Assembly (NCBI GenBank): GCA_049325335.1 | Contig: JBMOMC010000006.1 | Span: 64,001 to 128,000 of the forward strand | Source of the DNA: Nitrospirota bacterium | GTDB taxonomy: Bacteria > Nitrospirota > Nitrospiria > 2-01-FULL-66-17 | Direction of reading: 5' to 3' | Length of the DNA: 64,000 nt | Shown: in pieces, positions 48,277 through 58,168 of the stretch | Numbering within the stretch: position 1 is the first letter of the stretch | Layout of the letters: every line of letters starts with the position of its first letter | Program-made: the position numbers and the translations under genes | The notes under the pieces: generated by a model | Databases searched by the model: none | What the model was told of the DNA's origin: nothing | The model's input: only the letters and a program-made list of their open reading frames with translations

Positions 48277-50164
48277 CGTGCGTGTCATTATGAGGTGGAT
48301 CGCAGCCGTCGTGCTGCTGTGTCTTCCACTTCCGGCCTGGGCGCAAAGCACGACATTCGACCAGGCGATTCAAGAAGGCCAGGCCTTCGGTCACGCCCAG
48401 CCGCAAGGCCAGGACGCCGCAAGCGGGCTGATCGATAGCGCGATCCAGAACCAGACGATTCCCGGCCTCACACCGCAAAGTCAATCCGACGCGGCCGCGC
48501 AGGGCAGCTTCTACCTCGACAATCCGAGCCAGCTCGACCTCCAGGGGCAGGGCGCGCTGTCCACGACCGAAGGTGGCTTGTTCCTCGGCCAGTCGTACAA
48601 CCTCCGGTCGCGGTCGGTGATCGTGCCGGACGATCCCATCATCACGGGCAGCCAGCAGGCCGCGAGCGGCACAGGGGGCTGCATTACGCAGCGCGTCTGC
48701 ACGGAGCCCACGAGTGAGGTGGTGAGCACCACGCAGCCGGTGACGTGCTCGATCGAGTACGCGGAGACGGGCGGCCAGTGTACCTATCCGCTTCCTCAGC
48801 CGGGGATCGTATCCGGAAGTGGGAACTCGGCGGTTTGCACCGATCACTATCTCTATGGGCGGGTGTTTCAGCCCGATGCCAGCACGGTCAACGTCCAGGT
48901 TCTGGACACCTCACCAAGCGGGTCCCCGCACTGGAACTGCGGTGGATCTGGATCGGGCCGCGGGGCCGGTGACTGGCACACGCTTGGCACGATGACGCTG
49001 CCGGTTCCGGCGGTTGGGATGGAGGTGTGTTTCTCCACGGTGGGTTCCGGGTGCAGCGGCACCAGCAACGTCTGTGTGTCGGGCGTCGGACAGACCGTGA
49101 ACCTTGCCTCGTGCCCTCCGAGCGGGGCACAGTCCGTCCGCGTCTCGTACACCGCAACGATCAGCACCACGCCGCCACCCCTCGACCCCGCGACGGTGCA
49201 GGCTGCATGCGGCGCGTATCTCAATGACCGCTGTGCCCAGGTCAACGAGCAGTGCACTGCGGCCGATTGCACGCGCTCGTACGTCTGTGTCGATACGAGC
49301 CAGGTAGTCGACGGCTGTGCGACGTACCGGAGCCAGGGCTGCACGCTGCAATCCAGCGCTTGCTCACTGACCAGTACCTACGGCCTATGCCTTGCGCAAC
49401 AAGAGACTTACGCCTGCACGACGCAGACGATCCAGGAAGGGTGCGCGCAGGAGAGCGTGCAGGTGATGTGTCCGGGCAGTCCGACTGGGATCAGATGTCT
49501 GGATCCGAACGACTGTGCGGATACGACCTCCGTCCCCAGCACCGACATGGCGCTGGCGACAAGCCACATGGCCAGCCTCAACGCGATCGAGGACGACCAT
49601 ACCGCCGATCCCCTCGTCATCTTTTCCGGCAGCGGGGAGAGTTGCCGGCGAACGATCGGAAGCGGGATCACGCGCGACTGCTGCGCGCTGGACACCGCCT
49701 TGCTGGGATGCAACGCCAACGAGGAGTTGCTGCAGACCCATCGGCAGAACGGCCAGTGCGTGCAGATCGGCACCTACTGCAGCCGCGACGTCAGTCTGCT
49801 CTTCGGGAGCGTGTGCGTCGAGCACACCACGAGCTTCTGCTGCTTCTCCTCGAAGCTTACGCGGATCATCCAGGAGCAGGGGCGGCCACAGCTCGGGATC
49901 AGGTGGGGGAGCGCCCAGAGTCCGGATTGCCGTGGGTTCACGCCCGAGGAGCTGCAACGGATCAACTTCCAGGCCATCGACTTCAGCGAGTACTCGTCCA
50001 CGATCGTCGCCAATCCCCCGGATCCCGCGCAGTTGAGTAGCCAAGCGCAGGGCTCTCCCGCACTCACACCTGATCCGAGCGCTGTGCCGGCACCATCGAG
50101 CGGCATCAGCAACACGCAGGTCCAGCAGGACCTCGACCAGTTCTTCCAGACGCACACGCCATGA
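48266..50164 (+). CDS. traN: Mating-pair stabilisation protein TraN
   Basis: Cys-rich; IFSG..ESC, DCC, IGTYCS, FCCFSSKL.RIIQEQGRPQL, PDCRGFTPEELQ. Confidence 0.92.
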   Translation: MRGDVRVIMRWIAAVVLLCLPLPAWAQSTTFDQAIQEGQAFGHAQPQGQDAASGLIDSAIQNQTIPGLTPQSQSDAAAQGSFYLDNPSQLDLQGQGALSTTEGGLFLGQSYNLRSRSVIVPDDPIITGSQQAASGTGGCITQRVCTEPTSEVVSTTQPVTCSIEYAETGGQCTYPLPQPGIVSGSGNSAVCTDHYLYGRVFQPDASTVNVQVLDTSPSGSPHWNCGGSGSGRGAGDWHTLGTMTLPVPAVGMEVCFSTVGSGCSGTSNVCVSGVGQTVNLASCPPSGAQSVRVSYTATISTTPPPLDPATVQAACGAYLNDRCAQVNEQCTAADCTRSYVCVDTSQVVDGCATYRSQGCTLQSSACSLTSTYGLCLAQQETYACTTQTIQEGCAQESVQVMCPGSPTGIRCLDPNDCADTTSVPSTDMALATSHMASLNAIEDDHTADPLVIFSGSGESCRRTIGSGITRDCCALDTALLGCNANEELLQTHRQNGQCVQIGTYCSRDVSLLFGSVCVEHTTSFCCFSSKLTRIIQEQGRPQLGIRWGSAQSPDCRGFTPEELQRINFQAIDFSEYSSTIVANPPDPAQLSSQAQGSPALTPDPSAVPAPSSGISNTQVQQDLDQFFQTHTP

Positions 50165-51012
50165 GAACCGTGATGCTCGGCGTCGCAGTTGTGATGGCAA
50201 TGTCGCAGCCGGTCAAGGCCGAGTCCGGCGTGTTCTTCGACGGCAGCCGCGATGGTTGGTTCTGGTATCTGGAGCATCGCTCGGTTCCACCATCGAAGAA
50301 GCCGGCGCAGCCGCCGTTACCTCCGACCGTGAAAGCGATGCGGGAGCGCGCCGAGGAACTGCTCGCCCGGGCGATCGAGACGCCGACCGAGGCGCGGGTG
50401 GCGGCCTACATGGCCTATCAGCAGCAACTCACGCGCCGGTCGGAAGAGTTCGCGCGGGTGTGGCAGCGCGTGCTGTGGCAGCAGCCGGAACTGGACCCCA
50501 CCGTGGCCGATCCCGTCACCGCGGCCGCATTGTCGCCGATCCAAGCGGATCGCGTCAGGCGGCAAGACGCCGCGCTCGCGGACCTCGCCCGGACCGCGGG
50601 GCTGTTCTATTTCTTCTCCGGGAGCTGCTCGCTCTGCGAGGTCCAGTCGCCGATCCTGGCGGCCTTTGCGGAGGCGTATGGCTTTCGCGTGATCGCGGTC
50701 AGTCTGGACGGCGCGCCGGATCCGTTGTTCGCGCAGGCCAAGGTGGACCGTGGGGCGGCGGAGAAGCTCGGGGTGACGCAGGTCCCGGCGGTCTTTCTGG
50801 CCAGACCGCCGTCCGAGGTGCGGCGCGTGGGGACCGGCCTGCTGACCATGGAGGAACTGAGTCGGCGCATTGTGCGCCTGAGCGAAGCGAGTGAGGAGAA
50901 CAATGAAGAGGACATCGATGACGCGCTGGCTGCAATGGCCGATGATCGGGATGCTCTGCGGGCTTCTGTGGAGCGCGCCGGCGTGGGCCGATCTGCAGCA
51001 GCAACTGAATGA
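50161..51012 (+). CDS. traF: Thioredoxin-like TraF
   Basis: GWFWY, A...PT..V.AY, QPELD, CSLC..Q.PIL, VSLDG. Confidence 0.9.
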   Translation: MRTVMLGVAVVMAMSQPVKAESGVFFDGSRDGWFWYLEHRSVPPSKKPAQPPLPPTVKAMRERAEELLARAIETPTEARVAAYMAYQQQLTRRSEEFARVWQRVLWQQPELDPTVADPVTAAALSPIQADRVRRQDAALADLARTAGLFYFFSGSCSLCEVQSPILAAFAEAYGFRVIAVSLDGAPDPLFAQAKVDRGAAEKLGVTQVPAVFLARPPSEVRRVGTGLLTMEELSRRIVRLSEASEENNEEDIDDALAAMADDRDALRASVERAGVGRSAAATE

Positions 51013-52267
51013 CCTTGCGGATTCGCTGGGCGTGATGACCGCAACCACGACGCCGGGGGCGTACGAGGGCCAGACCCGCGGCTATCTCACGGGTGGCGGT
51101 ATGTCGCTGCGGTTTCCGCAAGCGTCGCTGGATCTAGCCTCGATCAATCTTCCGAAAGTGCGGGCCGGTTGCGAAGGGATCGATCTCTATCTGGGCGCGT
51201 TCTCGTATATCAATACCGACCAACTCATCGCCAAGCTCAGGGCGATCGGGAGCGCATCGCTGGGCTATGCCTTCCAGCTCGCCCTGGAGGCGATCTCGCC
51301 GCAGATCTCGGGGATCATCAAGCACTTCGAGAACGTGACCGAACGGATCAATAACCTCAATCTCTCGTCGTGCCAGGCCGCCCGGGCGCTGGTGGATGCC
51401 ACGGGCTTGCCGGAGAAGATCCGTTCTTCACAGATCGGACGATGCACCGGGTCGCGCACGGCCTCTGGGGCGAGCCCGGACTACAGTGCCGCTCGCCAGG
51501 CGTGCGCCGCCGACCCGAGCACCGGTGTGGTGGGCGATGCCGAGGACCAGGCCCAGGGCAGGCGGGATCGTAACTACCTCTGGGAGGCGCTGAGTAACCT
51601 CAGTGGCGTGGATGAGCCGTCGCGAGAATTGATCCTCTCGACACTGGGTACTGTGGTCGCCGTGAATGACCAGGTCATCTCGTGGCAGCCGATCGTCTCC
51701 TTCGATCAGTTCGTCGATGGCGGGAACATCACGCGCTACGACTGCACCGGCGACTGCCTCGTGCAGGCGACCGTTTCCGAGCCAACTGCCACGGGCCTGA
51801 CGGAACTGGTTCGCCAGCGCATGGAAGGCATCCTGGACCAGGTGCGCACAAGACAGGCGTTGAGCGCGGCCAATATCAACTTCGTCTCAGCGGCTCCCTT
51901 GCCGCTCTATCGGATGGTCAACGCGCTCTCGACCCTCACGCCCGCGGTGGCGGACAGCTACCTCGCGCAATGGGCCGAGCCGTTGGCCCTACTCATGGCC
52001 CAACACTGGGTGGACACCACGGCGCGGCAGGCCCGGCGCGCGCTTTCCGTCGCGAAGGTCGAGAGCGCGGTGCAGGAGGCGATCGAGCGGCAGATCGCTG
52101 AGACGCAGGAGGACATCCGGACGCGCGTTCAGCGCACGCGCTTTGTGATGGACTCGATCCGCGTGGAAGTCGAGATGCTCGAGCGGGTGGAGCGGGCGAT
52201 GATGCGCAATCTGTCCGCGCATGGACTCGAAGCAGCTTACCAATTCAGCCGCACGCCAGGGCCTTAA
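50903..52267 (+). CDS. traH: TraH
   Basis: PGAYEGQTRGY.TGG, P..RAGC.GIDL.LGAFSYIN, AFQLALE; alternative starts 50891/50918. Confidence 0.92.
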   Translation: MKRTSMTRWLQWPMIGMLCGLLWSAPAWADLQQQLNDLADSLGVMTATTTPGAYEGQTRGYLTGGGMSLRFPQASLDLASINLPKVRAGCEGIDLYLGAFSYINTDQLIAKLRAIGSASLGYAFQLALEAISPQISGIIKHFENVTERINNLNLSSCQAARALVDATGLPEKIRSSQIGRCTGSRTASGASPDYSAARQACAADPSTGVVGDAEDQAQGRRDRNYLWEALSNLSGVDEPSRELILSTLGTVVAVNDQVISWQPIVSFDQFVDGGNITRYDCTGDCLVQATVSEPTATGLTELVRQRMEGILDQVRTRQALSAANINFVSAAPLPLYRMVNALSTLTPAVADSYLAQWAEPLALLMAQHWVDTTARQARRALSVAKVESAVQEAIERQIAETQEDIRTRVQRTRFVMDSIRVEVEMLERVERAMMRNLSAHGLEAAYQFSRTPGP

Positions 52268-52268
52268 G

Positions 52269-55238
52269 ATGGTCTATGAAATCCACACCTATGGCGGCGG
52301 CGAGTTTCTCGTCACGATTCTGACCGCGATCAAGCTGCTCCTCGGTGGGAGTGCCTATCTCACGCTGATTAAGGCCATGGCCGTGCTCGGCCTGATCATC
52401 TTCATCGGCTGGATCGTGTTCTCGTTCCGGTTTCAGCTTTCTTGGTTGCTCTGGTTTGCGCTGGCGTATCTGGGGTTTTTTGTGCCCAAGGTGGACGTAT
52501 CCGTGATCGACCACCTCCGGCCGGCCGACACCCAGGTCGTCACGGGCGTCCCGGCCCTGCTCGGCTATGCGGGCCATTTGTCGTCGGCGCTCGGGGACGG
52601 CCTCACGCGGCTGATGGAGCAGGCGTTCTCGTTGCCGACGGATATCGAGTTCCGAACAACGGGCTATGCGACCTCGCTTCACGCGGTGCGGGCGGGCTTG
52701 CTGGAGCAGATCCCCGAGCCGTACGTGGCGGGCAGCGCGTCGCGCTACATCCGCGATTGCGTGCTGTACGATCTGCTCGACGGCACCAAGGCGGTCAACG
52801 CGGTGCTCGCCAGCCCGGATCTCCTGGCGGTCTTTGCGTCCGATCATCCGAGCCGCTTCACCGAGACGCACATCGCAGGAGATGGAACTGAGATCCAGGG
52901 CACGCCGGAGGTGGTGACGTGCGCGGAGGGGTACAGCCGGCTGACCGCGGGGCTGAACGCCATCTACACCGGCTGGTGGGGGCGGTTCGTCCAGGCCCTG
53001 GCCGGGGCCAGAGGCCTACAGCCGACCGCGGTCGACTCGGTCATCACGACGTCGTATCAGCACCTGATGAACGTGGCCGCGACGCCGCAGGCCATTCTTT
53101 TTCAGTCGGCCATGATCCACAGCTTCGACGAAGCGATCCAGCTTCAAGCAAAGCTGACCGGATCTGACGCGTATCTCATAGGCCTCACGCTGGCGCAGGC
53201 CCAGTACCAGCAGCGCTCCGCACTGTTCACCATGGGGCAACTCGCCCAACGGCTGCTGCCGGTGTTGCGCAGCGCGGTGGAGGGACTCCTCTACGGTCTC
53301 TTCCCGCTCTTGATGCTGCTCCTCTTCACCCCACTGGGCCCGATGGTGCTGAAGACGTACGGAATCGGGTTTCTGTGGCTGCAGTGCTGGGGGCCGCTCT
53401 TTGCGATCCTGAACCTGTTGACCGCGGTGCAGGCCGAGCGAATGCTGGCGGCGTATACGTCTGCGGGCATCACGCTGGCGTCGTATCGGACGCTCGAAGC
53501 GTTGACCGCCGACGGCTTGGCGATCGCCGGCGCCCTGTCCCTGACGGTGCCGGTCATCGCATGGGCGCTGGCGTCCGGCACGTTCGCGGGTTTGTCCCAG
53601 GCTGTAGGGACGGTGACGGGTTCGGCCCAATCCGCGGCCGGGAGCGCGGCGGCCTCGGCCGGGATGGGCAACCTCAGTGCCGGGAACGTGAGTCTCTCGA
53701 ACCTGTCGGCGAACAAATTCAGCCCGGCGGCGGAATCGACGACCGGCGTCGCATTTCGAGACTACGGGACCGCGGTCGATGGCGGGTACGCGCCAGCCCG
53801 CTACGGATACGTGACGCCATCAGGCGGGGCGACGCAACTCGCGGTGAGCAGCTTGGGAGGCGCGCTCAGCGTGCAGACGGGACGCCAGGCGAGCCAGGAA
53901 CTCCGGCAGGCGTACCAGGACACGTATCAGCGCGCGCAGGAGGCGTTTCACTCCGAGTCGGCGCAATTCCATGCCGGGCTGACGCAGCAGGCGGAGCGCC
54001 ACACCGCGGCGCAGAGCGAGCATAGCGTCGGACGCATGGCCGAGACGGGGCGGTCGGCGGAGGCGCAACGGACGGTGGCGGCGGTGGACCGGGCAGCCAA
54101 CCAATTATCGGAGAAGTTCGGCTTCTCAGCCGATCAGGCGCGAACCATTGCGGAGCGGGCGCTACTCGCGAAAACAGTGGACCTAAAGGGCGGCGCAAAC
54201 CTATCGAGTTCGCTCGGTTTGGGAGGCCGAGGGATGGGATTCAATGCGGGATTGTCGGTCTCCGCCACCGGCGTCAAGAACCAGCATGAAGATGTCGGTG
54301 TCACCGCTAAAGAGCAGCAGGCCTTCGAGCATGCGTACTCAGCGGTCACGGACCAAGAAGCGCGGGACGCGTATGCGGTAAACGAACAGGCGAGGACGAG
54401 CGCCCAGGGCCGACACGGCCATACGGCGACAACGGGGAGCCGATCCGGTATCAGCGCGAGCTCGGGGCAGGAGAGCCAGAGAAGCCAGGGGCTGCGCGAT
54501 CTGATCTCCCAGCTCGCATCACTCTCCATTCAAATGAGAGAAAGCGAAGGCAGGTCCGTGGCGCTCAATCAGGACCAGACCGCTGCGCTGGTCCGCCACA
54601 TCAGCCGCGAGACAGGTAAGAGCGAGTCCTACGTCGCGACGAAGATCGGGGACGCGATGATCTCCAATTCGGCTGATCGGACCGCGATCGGTGATCGCAG
54701 TGTCGCGCAGTGGGCTCAGAGTTGGTATGACGAAAGCCGTCCGACGGAACAACTATCCGGGCGAAGCGGCTTCCAGAAGGAGATTGGCGGAAGGCTCGAT
54801 ACCGATCGAAGCGCGGTTCGCGATACGGCGGGTCGAACGGAAGGCGCGGTCGGTCACGAGCAAGACCGCATTAAGAATGGGGTAGCCTCAGAAGGTATAT
54901 CGACGAGACGACAGGCGCAGGAAATCCAGACACAGGCAGATCATCAGGCAGCCAGCACTACGGCGCGTGTGGATGCGGGCGAAACGAACGCGGAACAGGC
55001 TCGCGCTTCGGTAGGGCAGCATGGTGGGCAACTGGTGGGACGCGTCCAGGGATTTCAGCGCGGCGCAGCCAGCCTGGCAGAGACCACTGCGGAGGGAATC
55101 AAAGACCTCAATCCGTTTCGAGACGAAGACCGCACGCGGGTTTCGGCCAGCCGGGAACGTCTATTCGAAGAGACCGCTCCGCACCCAAACTTCTATCCAG
55201 AATCGCGGTTGAAAGCGCTGGAGCAGGCCGGACGCTAA
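52269..55238 (+). CDS. traG: TraG (polytopic N-terminus, long hydrophilic C-terminus)
   Basis: YEIHTYGGG, Y...CV.YD, WLQ.W.PLFAILN; Ser/Gln/Ala-rich C-half. Confidence 0.92.
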   Translation: MVYEIHTYGGGEFLVTILTAIKLLLGGSAYLTLIKAMAVLGLIIFIGWIVFSFRFQLSWLLWFALAYLGFFVPKVDVSVIDHLRPADTQVVTGVPALLGYAGHLSSALGDGLTRLMEQAFSLPTDIEFRTTGYATSLHAVRAGLLEQIPEPYVAGSASRYIRDCVLYDLLDGTKAVNAVLASPDLLAVFASDHPSRFTETHIAGDGTEIQGTPEVVTCAEGYSRLTAGLNAIYTGWWGRFVQALAGARGLQPTAVDSVITTSYQHLMNVAATPQAILFQSAMIHSFDEAIQLQAKLTGSDAYLIGLTLAQAQYQQRSALFTMGQLAQRLLPVLRSAVEGLLYGLFPLLMLLLFTPLGPMVLKTYGIGFLWLQCWGPLFAILNLLTAVQAERMLAAYTSAGITLASYRTLEALTADGLAIAGALSLTVPVIAWALASGTFAGLSQAVGTVTGSAQSAAGSAAASAGMGNLSAGNVSLSNLSANKFSPAAESTTGVAFRDYGTAVDGGYAPARYGYVTPSGGATQLAVSSLGGALSVQTGRQASQELRQAYQDTYQRAQEAFHSESAQFHAGLTQQAERHTAAQSEHSVGRMAETGRSAEAQRTVAAVDRAANQLSEKFGFSADQARTIAERALLAKTVDLKGGANLSSSLGLGGRGMGFNAGLSVSATGVKNQHEDVGVTAKEQQAFEHAYSAVTDQEARDAYAVNEQARTSAQGRHGHTATTGSRSGISASSGQESQRSQGLRDLISQLASLSIQMRESEGRSVALNQDQTAALVRHISRETGKSESYVATKIGDAMISNSADRTAIGDRSVAQWAQSWYDESRPTEQLSGRSGFQKEIGGRLDTDRSAVRDTAGRTEGAVGHEQDRIKNGVASEGISTRRQAQEIQTQADHQAASTTARVDAGETNAEQARASVGQHGGQLVGRVQGFQRGAASLAETTAEGIKDLNPFRDEDRTRVSASRERLFEETAPHPNFYPESRLKALEQAGR

Positions 55239-55585
55239 TCGTTCTTTTCCGAATCGAGGAGTTCCTGACCGTAATTCCAGTAGGCCTTGGTTCCGGGGAT
55301 AGAAGGATTCCGCTCGCGCGCCTCGTCCCAGTCGACAAAGCGGGCCCACGCCTCCTGGGTTGGGCGCTCGCGTGCGAGCAGTCTGGCGATTGTCAGGATA
55401 AAGGAACCAGCTACGACTATCGCTGCGACCACCAACAGCCCGGCGAGAAAATCATAGTGGAACAGCCCACCGGCTACCAACCCTGCGACGATTAGCAGAC
55501 CGAACGTCGCAGCGAGCCTGCCCGCGCGGCGTCGAAGGGCCCGACGAGGGCGAGCGATTGAGGATGCGGTGGTCAGTTTGCCCAT
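55235..55585 (-). CDS. Small two-TM protein convergent with traG; entry-exclusion (Eex-like) candidate
   Basis: Two TM helices, stop overlaps traG stop; position mirrors eex in SXT/R391 and IncC elements. Confidence 0.55.
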   Translation of the reverse strand: MGKLTTASSIARPRRALRRRAGRLAATFGLLIVAGLVAGGLFHYDFLAGLLVVAAIVVAGSFILTIARLLARERPTQEAWARFVDWDEARERNPSIPGTKAYWNYGQELLDSEKND

Positions 55586-55662
55586 CGTTGTGCACCGCCG
55601 AATACCTTACGGTCGGTCGGACAAGGAAATCAACGCTAGGACCAACAGCCGGTTAAGGCGCA

Positions 55663-55938
55663 TCATCCAGCCCGTTGTTTCTGGGCTTCCATGTAAGCAC
55701 GCAGGAGCGCGTTGATTCGCGTTTGGTACCCGCGGCCTTGTCGTTTGAACCAGTTGAGGACGTCGCGATCCAACCGAATTGTCACGGACTCCTTCGGCTC
55801 CGGCATGCGCAACACGGCTTTTCGGAAAAACTCGTCGCCCAACTCAGGGATTTCCGAGTAATCGATCTCGGAGTCCTTCGTCGCGTCAACGCGCGCCCAG
55901 TCGGTCTTGGAGGGCTTTTTTGAACTTGGCTTGCTCAC
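55663..55938 (-). CDS. brnA: BrnA antitoxin
   Basis: TDW.RV, IDYSEIPEL, VTIRLDRDVL.WFK.QG.GYQTRINALLR. Confidence 0.9.
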   Translation of the reverse strand: MSKPSSKKPSKTDWARVDATKDSEIDYSEIPELGDEFFRKAVLRMPEPKESVTIRLDRDVLNWFKRQGRGYQTRINALLRAYMEAQKQRAG

Positions 55939-56179
55939 GAGTGTTCGCCTTTCGCAGCGAAATGATGCGAATTGTCTCCGGATTTCGTTCCGTAAACACT
56001 ACCACCATGAGCCGGCCGCGGACCAGACCCATTCCGATCTGCCGCGATTCGTCATAATCTCTCCGAGTGTCCGGCGCCACGAGCATCGGGCCGTCGAACA
56101 TCTCGGCCGCATCCGCGAAGTCGAGGCCGCGCTCGCGGATGTTACGCTCGTTCTTTCGGTGGTCCCACTCAAATTTCAT
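55886..56179 (-). CDS. brnT: BrnT toxin
   Basis: FEWD..KN..N....GLDF.DA, D.R.DY.E.R, RIISLRKAN.RE. Confidence 0.92.
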   Translation of the reverse strand: MKFEWDHRKNERNIRERGLDFADAAEMFDGPMLVAPDTRRDYDESRQIGMGLVRGRLMVVVFTERNPETIRIISLRKANTREQAKFKKALQDRLGAR

Positions 56180-56303
56180 AATAGATTGTGTACATACGCT
56201 ATGTCAATACAGGTGCCACGACCCTGAGCAGTATAGGGAGGCCGTGAGCCACTGGTCAATTCTCTTGGCTGCAGGACCATGTTCAGATCGAGAATACGCG
56301 CAC

Positions 56304-56546
56304 TCAAGCTCGTCGCTTTGGAAGCGACCCCAATAGTTTTGAAGCGAGCCGGCCAGCATCGGGACGAGTCGGCGCGCGGTCGGCTCTGTCGCCCGGCACG
56401 CCGCCCTGAATGTGGCGCGACAGAATGTCTTTGACTCGCTGCGAGCGCTGAAAGCGCGGGATCTTCGCCAGCCACGAGATGATCGCCTGGTCCCGCTGAT
56501 CCTTTGGGTTCAGGTACATCTGGAAGAAGACGCCGCGCCTAGCCAT
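56304..56546 (-). CDS. ParR/StbB-like centromere-binding adaptor
   Basis: 80 aa, overlaps end of ParM-like gene; FQMYLNP.D..D..I..WL..IP...RS..VK..L. Confidence 0.6.
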   Translation of the reverse strand: MARRGVFFQMYLNPKDQRDQAIISWLAKIPRFQRSQRVKDILSRHIQGGVPGDRADRAPTRPDAGRLASKLLGSLPKRRA

Positions 56547-57543
56547 GGTAGAACCACGCCGCTTTGTGGTAGCCGCGCACGTTCGCGAGTTGCGGGTCGC
56601 CAATAAACACCATCTGGGGAAACGCCTTCAGCAGGAGGGGTTTCAGCAAGAGGCTACCGCCGCCGCTGCTGATCAGGTAGTCGATCGGCTGGCTGCTCCA
56701 GCGTCCCTGAATCCACGCAACGATCTCCCCCGCGAGCCCGGTCAGTTCAGCATCGATTAACGCCGCATCGAACTCGAGTCGGTTGCCCAACACATTGATC
56801 GCGCCGTCCCGCAGGGCCGTTTCGATCCCGGGCGCGTCCCAGTTGCCCGGGTACCGGCTGGTGAACTTCGGGATCGCGGCCTGGTAGACCGCGCTCATAG
56901 CAGCTTTGAGGCTACCTGAGCCCTTCTGCACGAACTCGCCCTGGTGCATTAGCACGAAGTCCGTGGTCTTGAAGCCAATATCGACAATCCCCACCCGCGC
57001 CTTGGCGTACCGCTCGTCCACGTTCCCCAAGGTGTCTTTGAAGATTAGGTCCATCAGCGCTCCGTAGGGCTGGGGGACGACCGTCAGATGCCGAACGAAT
57101 AGATCTAATGTTCTGCCGCCCACGGTGATGTGGAAGCGCCCCGAGAGCGTGTCCTCGATCACCGCGCGGTCGTCGAAATCGTCGACCGGCAGGCCGGTCA
57201 CCACCGCGTACTCCTCAGATGACGATTCCGCGAGCAGGGCGAGCGCGGTCAGGAATAGCACGCGATATTCTTGGCTCTGCGTTCGGACCCGATCGAGCGT
57301 CGCCCTGGCAAACTGGCCTTGGCGTCGGGCCAGCGTGCCCACGAAGTAGGAGGCGCCGTCGAGTATGACCGCCAGGTGATCGAGGCTGCCTGTCTGACCG
57401 TCTAGGCCTGACCGGAACGCCAGATCAACGGCGGGGCTGACGATCGACGGGAACAACACCGCATTTGCAGCATTTCCCTGACCTGACAGCACCGGCATCG
57501 CTTTGGTGTAGCCGAAGCCCACATCGAGTCCCACGTACCGCAT
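56539..57543 (-). CDS. parM: ParM/StbA actin-like partition ATPase
   Basis: GLDVGFGYTKA, VVTGLP, VPQPYGA, IVDIGFKTTD, SGGG, PQLANVRGY; ggaggc RBS before ATG 57543. Confidence 0.88.
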   Translation of the reverse strand: MRYVGLDVGFGYTKAMPVLSGQGNAANAVLFPSIVSPAVDLAFRSGLDGQTGSLDHLAVILDGASYFVGTLARRQGQFARATLDRVRTQSQEYRVLFLTALALLAESSSEEYAVVTGLPVDDFDDRAVIEDTLSGRFHITVGGRTLDLFVRHLTVVPQPYGALMDLIFKDTLGNVDERYAKARVGIVDIGFKTTDFVLMHQGEFVQKGSGSLKAAMSAVYQAAIPKFTSRYPGNWDAPGIETALRDGAINVLGNRLEFDAALIDAELTGLAGEIVAWIQGRWSSQPIDYLISSGGGSLLLKPLLLKAFPQMVFIGDPQLANVRGYHKAAWFYHG

Positions 57544-57557
57544 CGTCGCCTCCGCCG

Positions 57558-57637
57558 CCACGTTCATGAACATGTTCATGAACAAATCACCCGAATTGTC
57601 CCTTTCCCGCCCCACGTTCATGAACATGTTCATGAAC
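57558..57637. repeat. Two exact 26-bp direct repeats each holding a 22-bp palindrome; parC-like centromere candidate
   Basis: ccacgttcatgaacatgttcatgaac at 57558-57583 and 57612-57637, just upstream of parM. Confidence 0.85.
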
Positions 57638-58168
57638 CTGCCACGGACAGCTCGCGATCGAGGCTCCCGCGAGTTCGATCATGCGCTCGATGGCCGCATT
57701 GGGGATCGAGTGAAAGCGCGCGTAGTACTCCACGACCACCGGTTCTCCCTGTCTGAGCCGGCTGCGAACTTCCAAGTAACTGAAATACAGGGACTGGTAC
57801 TCGCGCCCGTTCTCTTCTGCCAGCGCCCGTAGCTCTTCCAACCGCAGGCGCTCGTGGTGGGCGAACCAGGATCGCCAGGCCTTCCACGAGGCCGATGTCA
57901 CGCGCGCCGCGGTGCGCAGCTTCAGATTGAAGCGATGCGCCACCCTGGTCTTGCCGAAGAGCGTCGAGAAGGTCTTTCGTGACGAGGGCTCAATGGCGAA
58001 GGTGACGCCTCGCCGCTCGTAGTCCGCCTCGATTTCCGCGAGCAGACGCGGGACGTGCTGGCTGACCAGCGTGTGCCCGGCTTGTTGCGGGAAGTAGACA
58101 CGCTTCCCGGCCAGGCCGTATCGGTCGGCCAGCGCACGCAGATCCTCCGGGAGCTTCGATTTCCTCAT
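57587..58168 (-). CDS. Hypothetical protein upstream of parM
   Basis: ATG 58168 within ORF 57587..58420; LADRYGLAGKRVYFP is faintly Mor-activator-like. Confidence 0.55.
   Translation of the reverse strand: MRKSKLPEDLRALADRYGLAGKRVYFPQQAGHTLVSQHVPRLLAEIEADYERRGVTFAIEPSSRKTFSTLFGKTRVAHRFNLKLRTAARVTSASWKAWRSWFAHHERLRLEELRALAEENGREYQSLYFSYLEVRSRLRQGEPVVVEYYARFHSIPNAAIERMIELAGASIASCPWQVHEHVHERGAGKGQFG

Noticed and set aside
57558..57637. Mini CRISPR array (two 26-bp repeats, 28-bp spacer)
   Set aside because: Only two units, no cas genes, and position upstream of parM fits a binding site better
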